Below are positions 27,695-36,158 of a stretch of 38,329 nucleotides of DNA, piece by piece. The position numbers and the translations under genes are program-made. Origin of the DNA: a virus (lineage: Duplodnaviria; Caudoviricetes); IMG/VR virus record IMGVR_UViG_3300044723_002769, positions 1 to 38,329 of that record, one strand, 5' to 3'. A model generated the notes under the pieces. It was not told the DNA's origin and searched no databases. It was given only the letters and a program-made list of their open reading frames with translations. How positions within the stretch are numbered: the stretch's first letter is position 1; every line of letters starts with the position of its first letter.

Positions 27695-28267
27695 TTATTC
27701 TTCACCGTCCTTTACAGGTTCTATATCATCAAAAACTGTTTGTTGTAGTAAACCGTAGAAAACCTTCTTTGCAGAATAAGTTCCTTCTTCATATTGTTCA
27801 TTGTTCATGTTAACAGCAAGATATTGATTATCTCCAAGTACTATTGCACTCTTCATCATAGTATTCCAAGTATTTACAGTTCTCCAATCAGTACTGCTTA
27901 GGTACGCTTCTCCAAAAGGATGAGTATGAATCCAACTCTTAATCGGTATTCTCATTGGTGCGCCATTTACTAATTCGTCTTCATGTCCTTGAAAAGATAC
28001 GAAAGCGGGAGTACCGCTACTAATATACAAATCATCTTTGTCATCTATTACTACTTGTACTTCCATACCTTCTAACACTTCATCGGACATTTGCCAAATA
28101 GCAGATAGAAACATTTCTGTATCTGCACACGGCCTAATAAAATTAACACCGCCTTCACTATTAGACATATCCTTGTAAACACTTCTGATGTGTTCTTTCC
28201 AATCAAAGTCTTTCATTGCTTCTTCATTTTCTTCATTATTTATTTCTTCTTTATTTTCTTCTTTCAT
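27695..28267 (-). CDS. JAB/JAMM (MPN+) metallo-isopeptidase
   Basis: E...HTHPFGEAYLSSTD matches E-xn-HxH-x7-S-xx-D. Confidence 0.88.
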   Translation of the reverse strand: MKEENKEEINNEENEEAMKDFDWKEHIRSVYKDMSNSEGGVNFIRPCADTEMFLSAIWQMSDEVLEGMEVQVVIDDKDDLYISSGTPAFVSFQGHEDELVNGAPMRIPIKSWIHTHPFGEAYLSSTDWRTVNTWNTMMKSAIVLGDNQYLAVNMNNEQYEEGTYSAKKVFYGLLQQTVFDDIEPVKDGEE

Positions 28268-28269
28268 TT

Positions 28270-28512
28270 TTATATTCCCCCCATTTGTTCTACCATAAAG
28301 TCTTGAGAGTTCTCAAACTCATGGAATGCTTTATGTCCGGCTATGAAACCACCTGCGTGTCTTTTAGTTCCCATGAACTCTTCTAGACAAACAGGACAAC
28401 ATACCTTGACTATTTCTGCTTGTAAGTAAAAACCATCTGTTGCAATAACATTCATTATATTACCTACATCTTCTTCTATTAAATCATCTATTTCTGTATC
28501 TTCTTCACTCAT
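28270..28512 (-). CDS. C2H2-type Zn-finger protein
   Basis: CPVC...HKAFH; between the E1 and JAMM genes. Confidence 0.65.
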   Translation of the reverse strand: MSEEDTEIDDLIEEDVGNIMNVIATDGFYLQAEIVKVCCPVCLEEFMGTKRHAGGFIAGHKAFHEFENSQDFMVEQMGGI

Positions 28513-29138
28513 ACATTCACAACCATTTTATCTGTTACATCATTATTATCGTTAAACCAACGTTGAATCCATTGAGTCGCAATACCTGCTATGGCAATGT
28601 GCATAGTACTAATATCTTTAGCAGAACCATCCCAATCACCGCCTTGACAACTGAATGAACCTTCTGCACCAACAAGTAAGTCAGGTATTAATGTGGGATT
28701 AACTTTGTATGAAATCAATACTCCGTTCCTACCTTGCGCTCTAAGGTCTAACCACTTAACAGGACTATCTTCACCATGTCCTGTTTTGTAAAGTAGTCTT
28801 CTTGCTGCTAAGTTATCCACACAGCAGATTACTAAATCATATTTCTTTTCAGTTAATTGTTTAGCAGTAAGGACTTGATGTTCTCTTTTGTCGTTTAATG
28901 CAGGTTGTATTCCAATCTTGTTTCCCAATACTCTAACTTTAGATTTACCAATATCTTCAACATTAAAATTCTGATAAGACAAGTTCTTTTCTTCTACCTT
29001 ATCATCATCGTAAATTGTAATATCATACAACGCTTGTCTTTCTTCACTAATTCTTTCTAGGAAAGATGCTAGATAACTACCTATTCCACCTGCCCCAATT
29101 ATCAATAATTTTCTTTGTTTTAATTTCTTTGTTTTCAT
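28509..29138 (-). CDS. E1-like (ThiF/MoeB/UbaA family) Ubl-activating enzyme
   Basis: IIGAGGIGS, DDDKVEEKNLSYQ, IGKSKV, CVDNLAAR; candidate catalytic Cys in SCQ. Confidence 0.92.
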   Translation of the reverse strand: MKTKKLKQRKLLIIGAGGIGSYLASFLERISEERQALYDITIYDDDKVEEKNLSYQNFNVEDIGKSKVRVLGNKIGIQPALNDKREHQVLTAKQLTEKKYDLVICCVDNLAARRLLYKTGHGEDSPVKWLDLRAQGRNGVLISYKVNPTLIPDLLVGAEGSFSCQGGDWDGSAKDISTMHIAIAGIATQWIQRWFNDNNDVTDKMVVNV

Positions 29139-29419
29139 TCTAATTCCTCTTTTTCATATATTTCTTTTGGTTCTGTTTCAGAAAGAGACAAGTGATATTC
29201 ATGTTCTGTTTCCCATAGATTCGTAAATATTAGTAATTCTTTGTCTGAAACAGTAGCGGTAAAAATAGTACCGCTTTGCATATGAATATCTAATTCATAT
29301 TTTGCCTTAGACAAGACTCCTTTCTTTGCTATCTCTCTTATGGAAAAAGCAGTACAATAATTAATATCTATTGTAGTTCTTCCTGTTGTTGTTCCCATTG
29401 TCATTTTTCTTCTTATCAT
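29135..29419 (-). CDS. Small beta-rich (PH-like) protein
   Basis: Pattern shared with 19751-19990 and 34385-34672. Confidence 0.55.
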   Translation of the reverse strand: MIRRKMTMGTTTGRTTIDINYCTAFSIREIAKKGVLSKAKYELDIHMQSGTIFTATVSDKELLIFTNLWETEHEYHLSLSETEPKEIYEKEELE

Positions 29420-29420
29420 T

Positions 29421-30353
29421 TTATCTTACTCCATTCATTATATTTTTTGTTGTATATGACCTTAACTTAGTTTTGTCTAAATTAAGATTTACACACATCT
29501 TTCTTGTTTTTTCTCTTATTGTTACTTCACTAACTGTACTACAATCTCCAAGTGCAACTTGTGTAATACTTTTTGAATTATAATTTTGTCCTACAATCCA
29601 TATTGCTGCTACTATATCGCTAACAGTAAAAGTCAAATCAAAATTATCATAACATTGTTTTGCATAATCTACAAAATTATAACAATCCATTCTAAAGTTT
29701 CCCTCTATCTTCTCTTTAAATCTAGTTTTTTCTCTAGAGTTTAGTTTGACTATAATACTAGAAACCATTTCGTCTGTATTTAATTGACTAAATATGTGTG
29801 ATTTACCGAACTTTCTAGTTACTCTTTTTGATGTTCTCATAATATTTTTTACGGGAACTTTAATTTTCTTAGAATAATCTTTTAGGGAAACCGGAATACC
29901 TCTTTCCTTTAGTACATAATATACAATACCTGCTGCTACGTCATCTAAAGGTAAACCTCTAACTAAATGTTCGTCTTTTAATATTCTATATTTTTTAATA
30001 ACTTCATTTTTTAATTTACCACCATTGTAATATGAAAGGTATATACCCGTAGCAACTAACACTTTATTTTCTGAATCATTATGATTTGTTCTCATATTGT
30101 TTGTTCTCAAAGCATAATCAGTTTTACTTTTAACATCCTTTCTTTCAATAATAGAACCTAATTTATATGAGTCAGTCGAGTTTTGAAAGTAATTATTTCT
30201 GATGTAACCTTTACTTTTTTCTGTTGAGAAAAAATTTTTATTAGTTTCTTCAAATATATTTACTGATAATATCAAACCACAATCAGCACAAATAGTTTCA
30301 CCCATTCTTTCATCGAAAGTTGTAGTGGTGGATTCGCATTCAAAACACTTCAT
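29421..30353 (-). CDS. tfb: Viral transcription factor B (TFIIB-like)
   Basis: N-terminal Zn ribbon CFEC...GETICADCGL; cyclin-fold repeats VAAGIVY and TQ..LG..STVSEVTIR. Confidence 0.88.
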   Translation of the reverse strand: MKCFECESTTTTFDERMGETICADCGLILSVNIFEETNKNFFSTEKSKGYIRNNYFQNSTDSYKLGSIIERKDVKSKTDYALRTNNMRTNHNDSENKVLVATGIYLSYYNGGKLKNEVIKKYRILKDEHLVRGLPLDDVAAGIVYYVLKERGIPVSLKDYSKKIKVPVKNIMRTSKRVTRKFGKSHIFSQLNTDEMVSSIIVKLNSREKTRFKEKIEGNFRMDCYNFVDYAKQCYDNFDLTFTVSDIVAAIWIVGQNYNSKSITQVALGDCSTVSEVTIREKTRKMCVNLNLDKTKLRSYTTKNIMNGVR

Positions 30354-30436
30354 TTCATCACCATTATCCTACAACAATCGCTATCTTTAACCCGAAGGTC
30401 GCCTAGTTCTTTTTTACATTTATTACATATTTTCAT
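30350..30436 (-). CDS. Cys-rich micro-ORF (28 aa, MKICNKCKK...DCC)
   Basis: Abuts the upstream stop and has an ATGA overlap with tfb. Confidence 0.45.
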   Translation of the reverse strand: MKICNKCKKELGDLRVKDSDCCRIMVMK

Positions 30437-31819
30437 TTATTCATTCTCCTTCATTCTTTTCTTGTGTAAATATTCATCACACTTTCTTTGACTCCAATGG
30501 TTTAACTTAGACCTATCTAATCTAGCCATAACTCTACTTCCATTTTTCAAATCATCGTCTATTAACGGTCTAATTGTATAGAGATGATGTGCTGCTACAT
30601 CTTCATTTACCAATGCTAATGCCCTCGCTGTTAGTTGGTCTCCGATACTAGCACCCTTAGAAACATTGTCAATACAAATAGAACCGGAAAGTTTCATACC
30701 ATGCCAATTTCCTCTTTCGTCAGAGAAACCAACTATTTGATGAGTACTAACATCTTGATTACCTCTTTTCATACCATCACCTGTATAAGTAACAACCCAA
30801 TCACAATACTTACCATGAACAAATAATGCTTTATTCTTAGGGTTTCTGAATTGTACGAAGTCAATCTGAGGTGTTTCTGCTGCAATATCGAACAACAATT
30901 TAGTTGCCCTATCTTCTACAATATCAGAAGTTCTATGTTGTAATAACCATTGAGTCATTTTCTCTAATTCTGTTGCGGTTGGTTTGCTACCCATTGTTTG
31001 TTCCCAAAGGAACTCGTTAGTAACACCAACATTCCATTTCTTACTCCTCTTCTTACCGAACTTAAAGTAATCAATAAAGGTACTCAATTCTTTAGTAGAT
31101 AGAACACCCCAAACACTGTCAGATATTTCTAATACACATTCGTCATCACTAATTAGTTTAGTATTGATAACAACCTCTGTTTGTCTAAATAGATGATTAA
31201 AATGATATGGTGTTCTATTTTCCAAAGCATATAGGACATTATGAGGAAAGGTAGTAACTTTTACTGCGTAAGTAGTTAATTGTTTTGAACACTTTGTTAG
31301 TGCTGCTCTTAGAATTATCTTACTAATCGCTTTAACTACATCTGCTTTGTTTCTAGGTAATCCGTTAATATAATATCTTTTATTAGTGCGACCATAGAAT
31401 ATTTTACTTTGGCCGTTGTAATATTTGAAAGATATTGTATTCATAAAATTATCTTTATCGGTATCGTAAAGTTTGTGAGGAAAAAGAACTTCCTCGACTT
31501 TCTTAGAAAGAGATTCTAGAACAGGGTCAGAACCTTCCACAGAAGTATTCATGTGAGTTCTTCTACAAGTAACAATTCTTTCACCAAACGAATTTAGATT
31601 TTTTGTTTTATAATCATAAACTTTGTCTGAGTTAGACAAATGTCTGTATGAGTCTAAACCCTTTTTTTTAGCAATCACGGCACTCTTAGTTCTGTTTATA
31701 TTTCGCTCATATAGTGTGCGGAATATTTTCTTGTTGTTATTTTCGATTCTTAATAATAGACTTGATGTAATTTGATTTCCACCATCACCTACTGTTGGTA
31801 TTATATATTTTATTTTCAT
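30437..31819 (-). CDS. Large protein with putative C-terminal E2/UBC-like domain
   Basis: Predicted helix, 4 strands, then H-x5-GSICID and a helix, resembling the E2 active-site region; clustered with Ubl, E1 and JAMM. Confidence 0.5.
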   Translation of the reverse strand: MKIKYIIPTVGDGGNQITSSLLLRIENNNKKIFRTLYERNINRTKSAVIAKKKGLDSYRHLSNSDKVYDYKTKNLNSFGERIVTCRRTHMNTSVEGSDPVLESLSKKVEEVLFPHKLYDTDKDNFMNTISFKYYNGQSKIFYGRTNKRYYINGLPRNKADVVKAISKIILRAALTKCSKQLTTYAVKVTTFPHNVLYALENRTPYHFNHLFRQTEVVINTKLISDDECVLEISDSVWGVLSTKELSTFIDYFKFGKKRSKKWNVGVTNEFLWEQTMGSKPTATELEKMTQWLLQHRTSDIVEDRATKLLFDIAAETPQIDFVQFRNPKNKALFVHGKYCDWVVTYTGDGMKRGNQDVSTHQIVGFSDERGNWHGMKLSGSICIDNVSKGASIGDQLTARALALVNEDVAAHHLYTIRPLIDDDLKNGSRVMARLDRSKLNHWSQRKCDEYLHKKRMKENE

Positions 31820-32075
31820 TTTTAATTTCTCCTTTTATTATTTGAATATTATTTCTTTTTTGTTTTTGTGTAAGGTGTGTTTTACAATAAAGACTATCTC
31901 TATATTTAATTTTCTTACACCTTTCACCTTTGTTAGTAATCCCGACACACCTTTCTTCCGGTGGTGGATTTCTAATACAAGAAAAACACAAATTAGTTGT
32001 TGAGTTTTTTCTTGATGTATGATTTCTTGTTCCTAATTTTTCATTACATATTCTACATTTCATTTTTATTCCCAT
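31785..32075 (-). CDS. Double Zn-finger protein
   Basis: CRIC...CFSC plus C.G.T.KG.RC...YC..H. Confidence 0.65.
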   Translation of the reverse strand: MGIKMKCRICNEKLGTRNHTSRKNSTTNLCFSCIRNPPPEERCVGITNKGERCKKIKYRDSLYCKTHLTQKQKRNNIQIIKGEIKNENKIYNTNSR

Positions 32076-32092
32076 CTTTTTTTTTTATTTTT

Positions 32093-32195
32093 AATGGGCA
32101 TCCCACCCATTTGATAACAACTCCCGTTATTGGGATTACTTAACAGTGCAATGCACCATATAGTAATTACCGATAGATACTATAATCTATGGTAA
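32093..32195. other. Cluster of abutting hairpins downstream of the Ubl gene
   Basis: ATGGG/CCCAT, TCCC/GGGA, TTACT..GTGCA/TGCAC..AGTAA and TTACC.ATAGAT/ATCTAT.GGTAA. Confidence 0.4.
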
Positions 32196-32216
32196 GATAG
32201 TAACACTTTAACAGAA

Positions 32217-32426
32217 TTATTGGTTTCCGCCAACAATTGCTTGAACAAGGTTAACAGTTTCAACATCATTCCAATTTATGTCGCTAATAGATTCACGGCT
32301 AACCATGTCATTATCAACATAAACCCAATGAGTTGGGTGTTCTGCTATCTGTTCAATCATCTCAGATGTCGTAACATCTAATTCTGTATGTCCTCTTTCA
32401 TTCATTATTCTCAATTTCATTTTCAT
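32217..32426 (-). CDS. Ubiquitin-like (beta-grasp) protein with GG plus 2-aa extension
   Basis: 69 aa; strand-strand-helix-strand layout (WVYVDN); ends VNLVQAIVGG-NQ. Confidence 0.8.
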   Translation of the reverse strand: MKMKLRIMNERGHTELDVTTSEMIEQIAEHPTHWVYVDNDMVSRESISDINWNDVETVNLVQAIVGGNQ

Positions 32427-32454
32427 TACTTCCTTTTTTTTGTTTCAACTATTT

Positions 32455-32721
32455 TTAAGACTGTGTTGACTGTCTCGCTTGATTAAGCGTGTTCTCTAAC
32501 GATGATATGTAAGATTTTAATTCTCTCTTATCACCGAGGAGTTGTGTTTGCATTGCTTCATAGACTTCTATCTTTTGACGCAAATCTTGCACTGTTTTCT
32601 CAAGACTTTGAGCGTATGTTAAAAGATTTGTGTAATCTCCTTTCATGCTCTCAATAATCTGTTCACTAGTTATTTCCGGTTGTTTTTCTTCTTTCTTTTC
32701 TTCTTTCTTAGCCATTTTCAT
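32455..32721 (-). CDS. Coiled-coil protein
   Basis: Heptad-like Q/E/K/L pattern. Confidence 0.6.
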   Translation of the reverse strand: MKMAKKEEKKEEKQPEITSEQIIESMKGDYTNLLTYAQSLEKTVQDLRQKIEVYEAMQTQLLGDKRELKSYISSLENTLNQARQSTQS

Positions 32722-33712
32722 GCACCTCGTTATCTCCTAAGAGAATATCATTACGTCTTCGTAAGATATTAATAAGACTATCGCATTGTTTGGGTGAAGG
32801 TCTCTCCATCCTCACAATTTTCCTTCTCATATCTCTTAGAAATCTTCTTTCCCAATTATTTTGGGCTTCGCCTGTTGTAAAAGGTCTAATTCCGAAATAT
32901 TTACAACAATGTAAAAACTTTTGTTGGTCTAAATCATTATCATTTACTGTAACTAATTTCTTAGTAATATATGAATCAACATTATCTAAATGAATTATTC
33001 TATTAGAATCAATGGAGTCCATCTTATTTACAATATCCAAATGTTTTTGCATATTGATTTTAAATAAAACTAAATCTTCCATAAGTTTATCATTTGGAGT
33101 TCCTCTTTTACTATCTCTTTGTCTTCTAGGATTGTCGGGATGATTCCATCTCCAAACAATAGAAGCCATTTCATAGGTAGGAGTACCATACAAACCATTA
33201 CTACTTTTACGAATAAAGGTCTCAGGTCTGTAATCTTTAACAGATTCTTCCCAATATGTTTTTCCTGTTTTCTTAACATTGATTCTCAAATCTAATTCTT
33301 TAATTTCATCAAAAGTATTAGTAAACTCTTTGCCATTTTCTTCCCACCAAGCATCTTTAATTAAAGTTTGAACAGCAGTCTGCTTCCAATCTTCAATCAT
33401 CTTCTCAGTAATAGTTCTCCTATCTATTTTCAATTTCTCTTCCATATGTCGAAGAACCATCCAATTATTAATACAACTTGAACCTACAATTTCTAGTATT
33501 CCATTTTCAGTATTTTCAATTTCAAAATGATAAACTATATCGTGTCCGCAAAGACAAGAATTAGGATGTCCTGAAACATGATTACTTGTTGTTTCATTAG
33601 GAGACTGTTTCCAAACATTTCCTGTAATTCTCCATTCCTTTTTTGCTTCTTCATAATCATTAGAATTAGATAATGCTAGTAATTTATTTGTTAATCTACT
33701 GTAAGTAGCCAT
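32708..33712 (-). CDS. Conserved viral protein with CxCGH...VGSxC Zn motif
   Basis: CLCGHDIVYHFEIEN...VGSSCI. Confidence 0.6.
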   Translation of the reverse strand: MATYSRLTNKLLALSNSNDYEEAKKEWRITGNVWKQSPNETTSNHVSGHPNSCLCGHDIVYHFEIENTENGILEIVGSSCINNWMVLRHMEEKLKIDRRTITEKMIEDWKQTAVQTLIKDAWWEENGKEFTNTFDEIKELDLRINVKKTGKTYWEESVKDYRPETFIRKSSNGLYGTPTYEMASIVWRWNHPDNPRRQRDSKRGTPNDKLMEDLVLFKINMQKHLDIVNKMDSIDSNRIIHLDNVDSYITKKLVTVNDNDLDQQKFLHCCKYFGIRPFTTGEAQNNWERRFLRDMRRKIVRMERPSPKQCDSLINILRRRNDILLGDNEVHENG

Positions 33713-33942
33713 TACTCCATCCTCTCATTTTGACGTTGTTCTCTAAGAAATCCATCTAGTAGCATATCTATATTCTTATACAATGCTTCGGGTAATCCAC
33801 CAATTGTTTTACGGTTTAATGATAACCAAATCAAATGATTTTGGTTTAATACAACCTTAACTTCATCATCCTCATTCATCGTTATTACTAACGGAGGCAT
33901 CTCATTATCATTCACCATTCTAAATTCTACATTTCTTTCCAT
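33712..33942 (-). CDS. Hypothetical protein
   Basis: 76-aa ORF in the operon. Confidence 0.6.
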   Translation of the reverse strand: MERNVEFRMVNDNEMPPLVITMNEDDEVKVVLNQNHLIWLSLNRKTIGGLPEALYKNIDMLLDGFLREQRQNERME

Positions 33943-33944
33943 AT

Positions 33945-34187
33945 TTATTCCTCTTCTTCCGATGCTCTAACCCAATGATTATTTAATTCTCTAGCAAAAA
34001 ACAGTTCTTCGGTATCAGCGAACCAACATACTAGTCCGGTGTTAGAAACTTTACTTCTTACTATTTTGATTACTGATTGGTTATACTTGTTAATCCAAGT
34101 AACACCTCTCAAATCTTCAATACCATCCGGTATTGGGGCATTCTTTGCTAATTCTTCATTTCTTCTTATTCTTTCTTCTATATTCAT
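33945..34187 (-). CDS. Hypothetical protein
   Basis: 80-aa ORF with GGAGG SD. Confidence 0.6.
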   Translation of the reverse strand: MNIEERIRRNEELAKNAPIPDGIEDLRGVTWINKYNQSVIKIVRSKVSNTGLVCWFADTEELFFARELNNHWVRASEEEE

Positions 34188-34190
34188 TTT

Positions 34191-34400
34191 TTATTCCTCC
34201 TTATACATATCAGTGTAGTCTTTTAATTCATTGACTACACCATCCATTGTTGCACCTATTACTGTAAGTGCATCATCTAGAATTACTCTCCTCATCATGG
34301 ATAGATGAGGGAGTTTTTCATATGCTTCCACTAATTTATTGTAGTGGTATTTCATTGCTTCTAGATTTTCTATTAATTCTTCGGTCATTCCTCTTCCCAT
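34191..34400 (-). CDS. Hypothetical protein
   Basis: Short helical ORF. Confidence 0.55.
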   Translation of the reverse strand: MGRGMTEELIENLEAMKYHYNKLVEAYEKLPHLSMMRRVILDDALTVIGATMDGVVNELKDYTDMYKEE

Positions 34401-34672
34401 AGTTCATCTTCTCCAAGAAGGGTTTTTTGTTCTTTGAATCTATTAATGACTTTTTTTAGATTCTTAGGGCTAGTTGCTGTGATAAAGTTTTGTCCTCCCT
34501 TTAAGAAAAGTACAATTTTATACACATCTCCGTTTTTAGTAGTGGGGTAGATAAACTTAGTTAAATCATCATTTGGTTTTAATTTACTCCAAGTGAATGC
34601 TTGAACATCGTCTATACAAACAACACCATTCGTAAATCTTGCATAGTGTTTTTTACTAAAATCTTCAACCAT
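34385..34672 (-). CDS. Small beta-rich (PH-like) protein
   Basis: Start placed at MVEDFS after the GGAGTGA SD; pattern shared with two other ORFs. Confidence 0.55.
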   Translation of the reverse strand: MVEDFSKKHYARFTNGVVCIDDVQAFTWSKLKPNDDLTKFIYPTTKNGDVYKIVLFLKGGQNFITATSPKNLKKVINRFKEQKTLLGEDELWEEE

Positions 34673-34682
34673 AATTACCAAC

Positions 34683-34799
34683 TCAATCACTCCGAGTAGG
34701 TTTAGGGTCAAAACATTTCTTACATTGAAAACCGTGTTCATTGCTCCAAATCTTTCTAACCTTTTTACAGGTTATACATCTTTCAACAATAACGTTCAT
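34683..34799 (-). CDS. Small Zn-ribbon protein (38 aa)
   Basis: MNVIVERCITC...CKKC; read by hand. Confidence 0.55.
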   Translation of the reverse strand: MNVIVERCITCKKVRKIWSNEHGFQCKKCFDPKPTRSD

Positions 34800-34803
34800 A
34801 GGA

Positions 34804-34986
34804 TTACTTCCTATTAATTCTAATACTTTTTCGATGCAACATTAGGTTTCCTAGATGTTGGTAACGTGAAATGGGATTACCATTTGCGTTCAACACTGGT
34901 TCATCCGGTAAACATAATGGTCTTGGTTTTCTTTCACCGCTTTCTATTTGCTGTTGTATTTTAATTCTATATTCTTCTATATTCAT
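34804..34986 (-). CDS. Hypothetical protein
   Basis: 60-aa ORF with AGGAG SD. Confidence 0.55.
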   Translation of the reverse strand: MNIEEYRIKIQQQIESGERKPRPLCLPDEPVLNANGNPISRYQHLGNLMLHRKSIRINRK

Positions 34987-35270
34987 TTTTTATTTCTCCT
35001 TTTGCTTTCTTTTATCATTTGTTCTAATGTAAGGCCATAATCCATATGACCTTCGGGTAGTGAAGATAACCTACTACCTTGAAGATTTCTCAACATAGAA
35101 ATAATATTAGCAGCCGCTTTAGTAAAACGTTTATCTGCTACACTATCTCCTTTTGGTACTCCTCTTTCCCTAACCTTTTCAATAGAAACAATAAAATTTT
35201 CATTGTTAGGGTTGTGTAATATTGCTCTTATTATTTCATATTCTGCGTGTTTAACATTCTTAAAGCGCAT
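34983..35270 (-). CDS. Hypothetical basic protein
   Basis: Start placed at MRFKNVK after AGGAGG. Confidence 0.55.
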   Translation of the reverse strand: MRFKNVKHAEYEIIRAILHNPNNENFIVSIEKVRERGVPKGDSVADKRFTKAAANIISMLRNLQGSRLSSLPEGHMDYGLTLEQMIKESKRRNKK

Positions 35271-35844
35271 CCTTAATCCTCCTAAAATCTGCAAGCATAT
35301 CTGCATAAACTTGTTTTCTTTCTTTTGTTTTAATTTCAGTATGGTTTTCAGGCCACCAATATGGAGGATTAGTTTTCCATTGTCCTAATTTCCATTTATC
35401 TTCCAAATAGTAATTACGATATTTTTCTACAACTGACATATTGTCAAAATCTTTTATTTTTCTACAATTCATATCTTCTGATATTGCTACTGCGAATGGA
35501 GTTAAACCTATGTCGGGCAGGTCATCAATAACATTAGTCCATAGGTCATTATGTAATAATAATAATTTCTGAACTTTATGTTTCTTTCCGTATCTGACAG
35601 TATATTCAGCACATAATGCTGCGGTATGTGTTAGTAGGAAAGAGAAGTTTTGTTGACTTTCCCTAGCCCAAATAGTGCAGGGATGATTTAACATTACAGG
35701 TTTGAATGGGACATTTTCATATCCCAAATGGTCTGCTATTGTTGATAACATTTGTAAACTTTCAGTTGGCATTTTAACAACGTGTTTATCACACATCATC
35801 TTAGCACATTCTTCTGCATCTTCTGATAAAATAAATATATTCAT
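35260..35844 (-). CDS. Pyrimidine-dimer DNA glycosylase-like protein
   Basis: MNIF.L...CA...CDKHVVKM..E..QMLST, NHPCTIWARES..N, EYT.RYGK.H. Confidence 0.8.
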   Translation of the reverse strand: MNIFILSEDAEECAKMMCDKHVVKMPTESLQMLSTIADHLGYENVPFKPVMLNHPCTIWARESQQNFSFLLTHTAALCAEYTVRYGKKHKVQKLLLLHNDLWTNVIDDLPDIGLTPFAVAISEDMNCRKIKDFDNMSVVEKYRNYYLEDKWKLGQWKTNPPYWWPENHTEIKTKERKQVYADMLADFRRIKDAL

Positions 35845-36158
35845 TTTAATTCCTCTATTTCTATTTTAGGTGTGGAAATTACAATATCATCGTCGGTTTG
35901 TCCGACACCCACATTATTGTCCCCAGTGGTTAATTCTTTTTCGTTTCGCACACTTTTTCTAAACTTTCTAATATCTTTTAACATTACTAATAATGTTACA
36001 CTAATAACAGAAATAGAAATTATCTGTACATTTTGAAATAGTAATTCTAAATTACTATCTGTCTCTTGTCTTAGTTCTAATTTCGTTGAGTTAAAAATTC
36101 CCAAAAAACCAAAAAAAAGCAGGGAAGAGTAAGTTAAGACTTTTCTCAACTTACTCAA
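35841..36158 (-). CDS. Two-TM membrane protein
   Basis: Two hydrophobic segments. Confidence 0.55.
   Translation of the reverse strand: MSKLRKVLTYSSLLFFGFLGIFNSTKLELRQETDSNLELLFQNVQIISISVISVTLLVMLKDIRKFRKSVRNEKELTTGDNNVGVGQTDDDIVISTPKIEIEELK

Noticed and set aside
8442-34400. Recurring E/G/W-rich C-terminal tails on many proteins
   Set aside because: Mostly explained by overlap with the downstream gene's GGAGG/GGTGA ribosome-binding site
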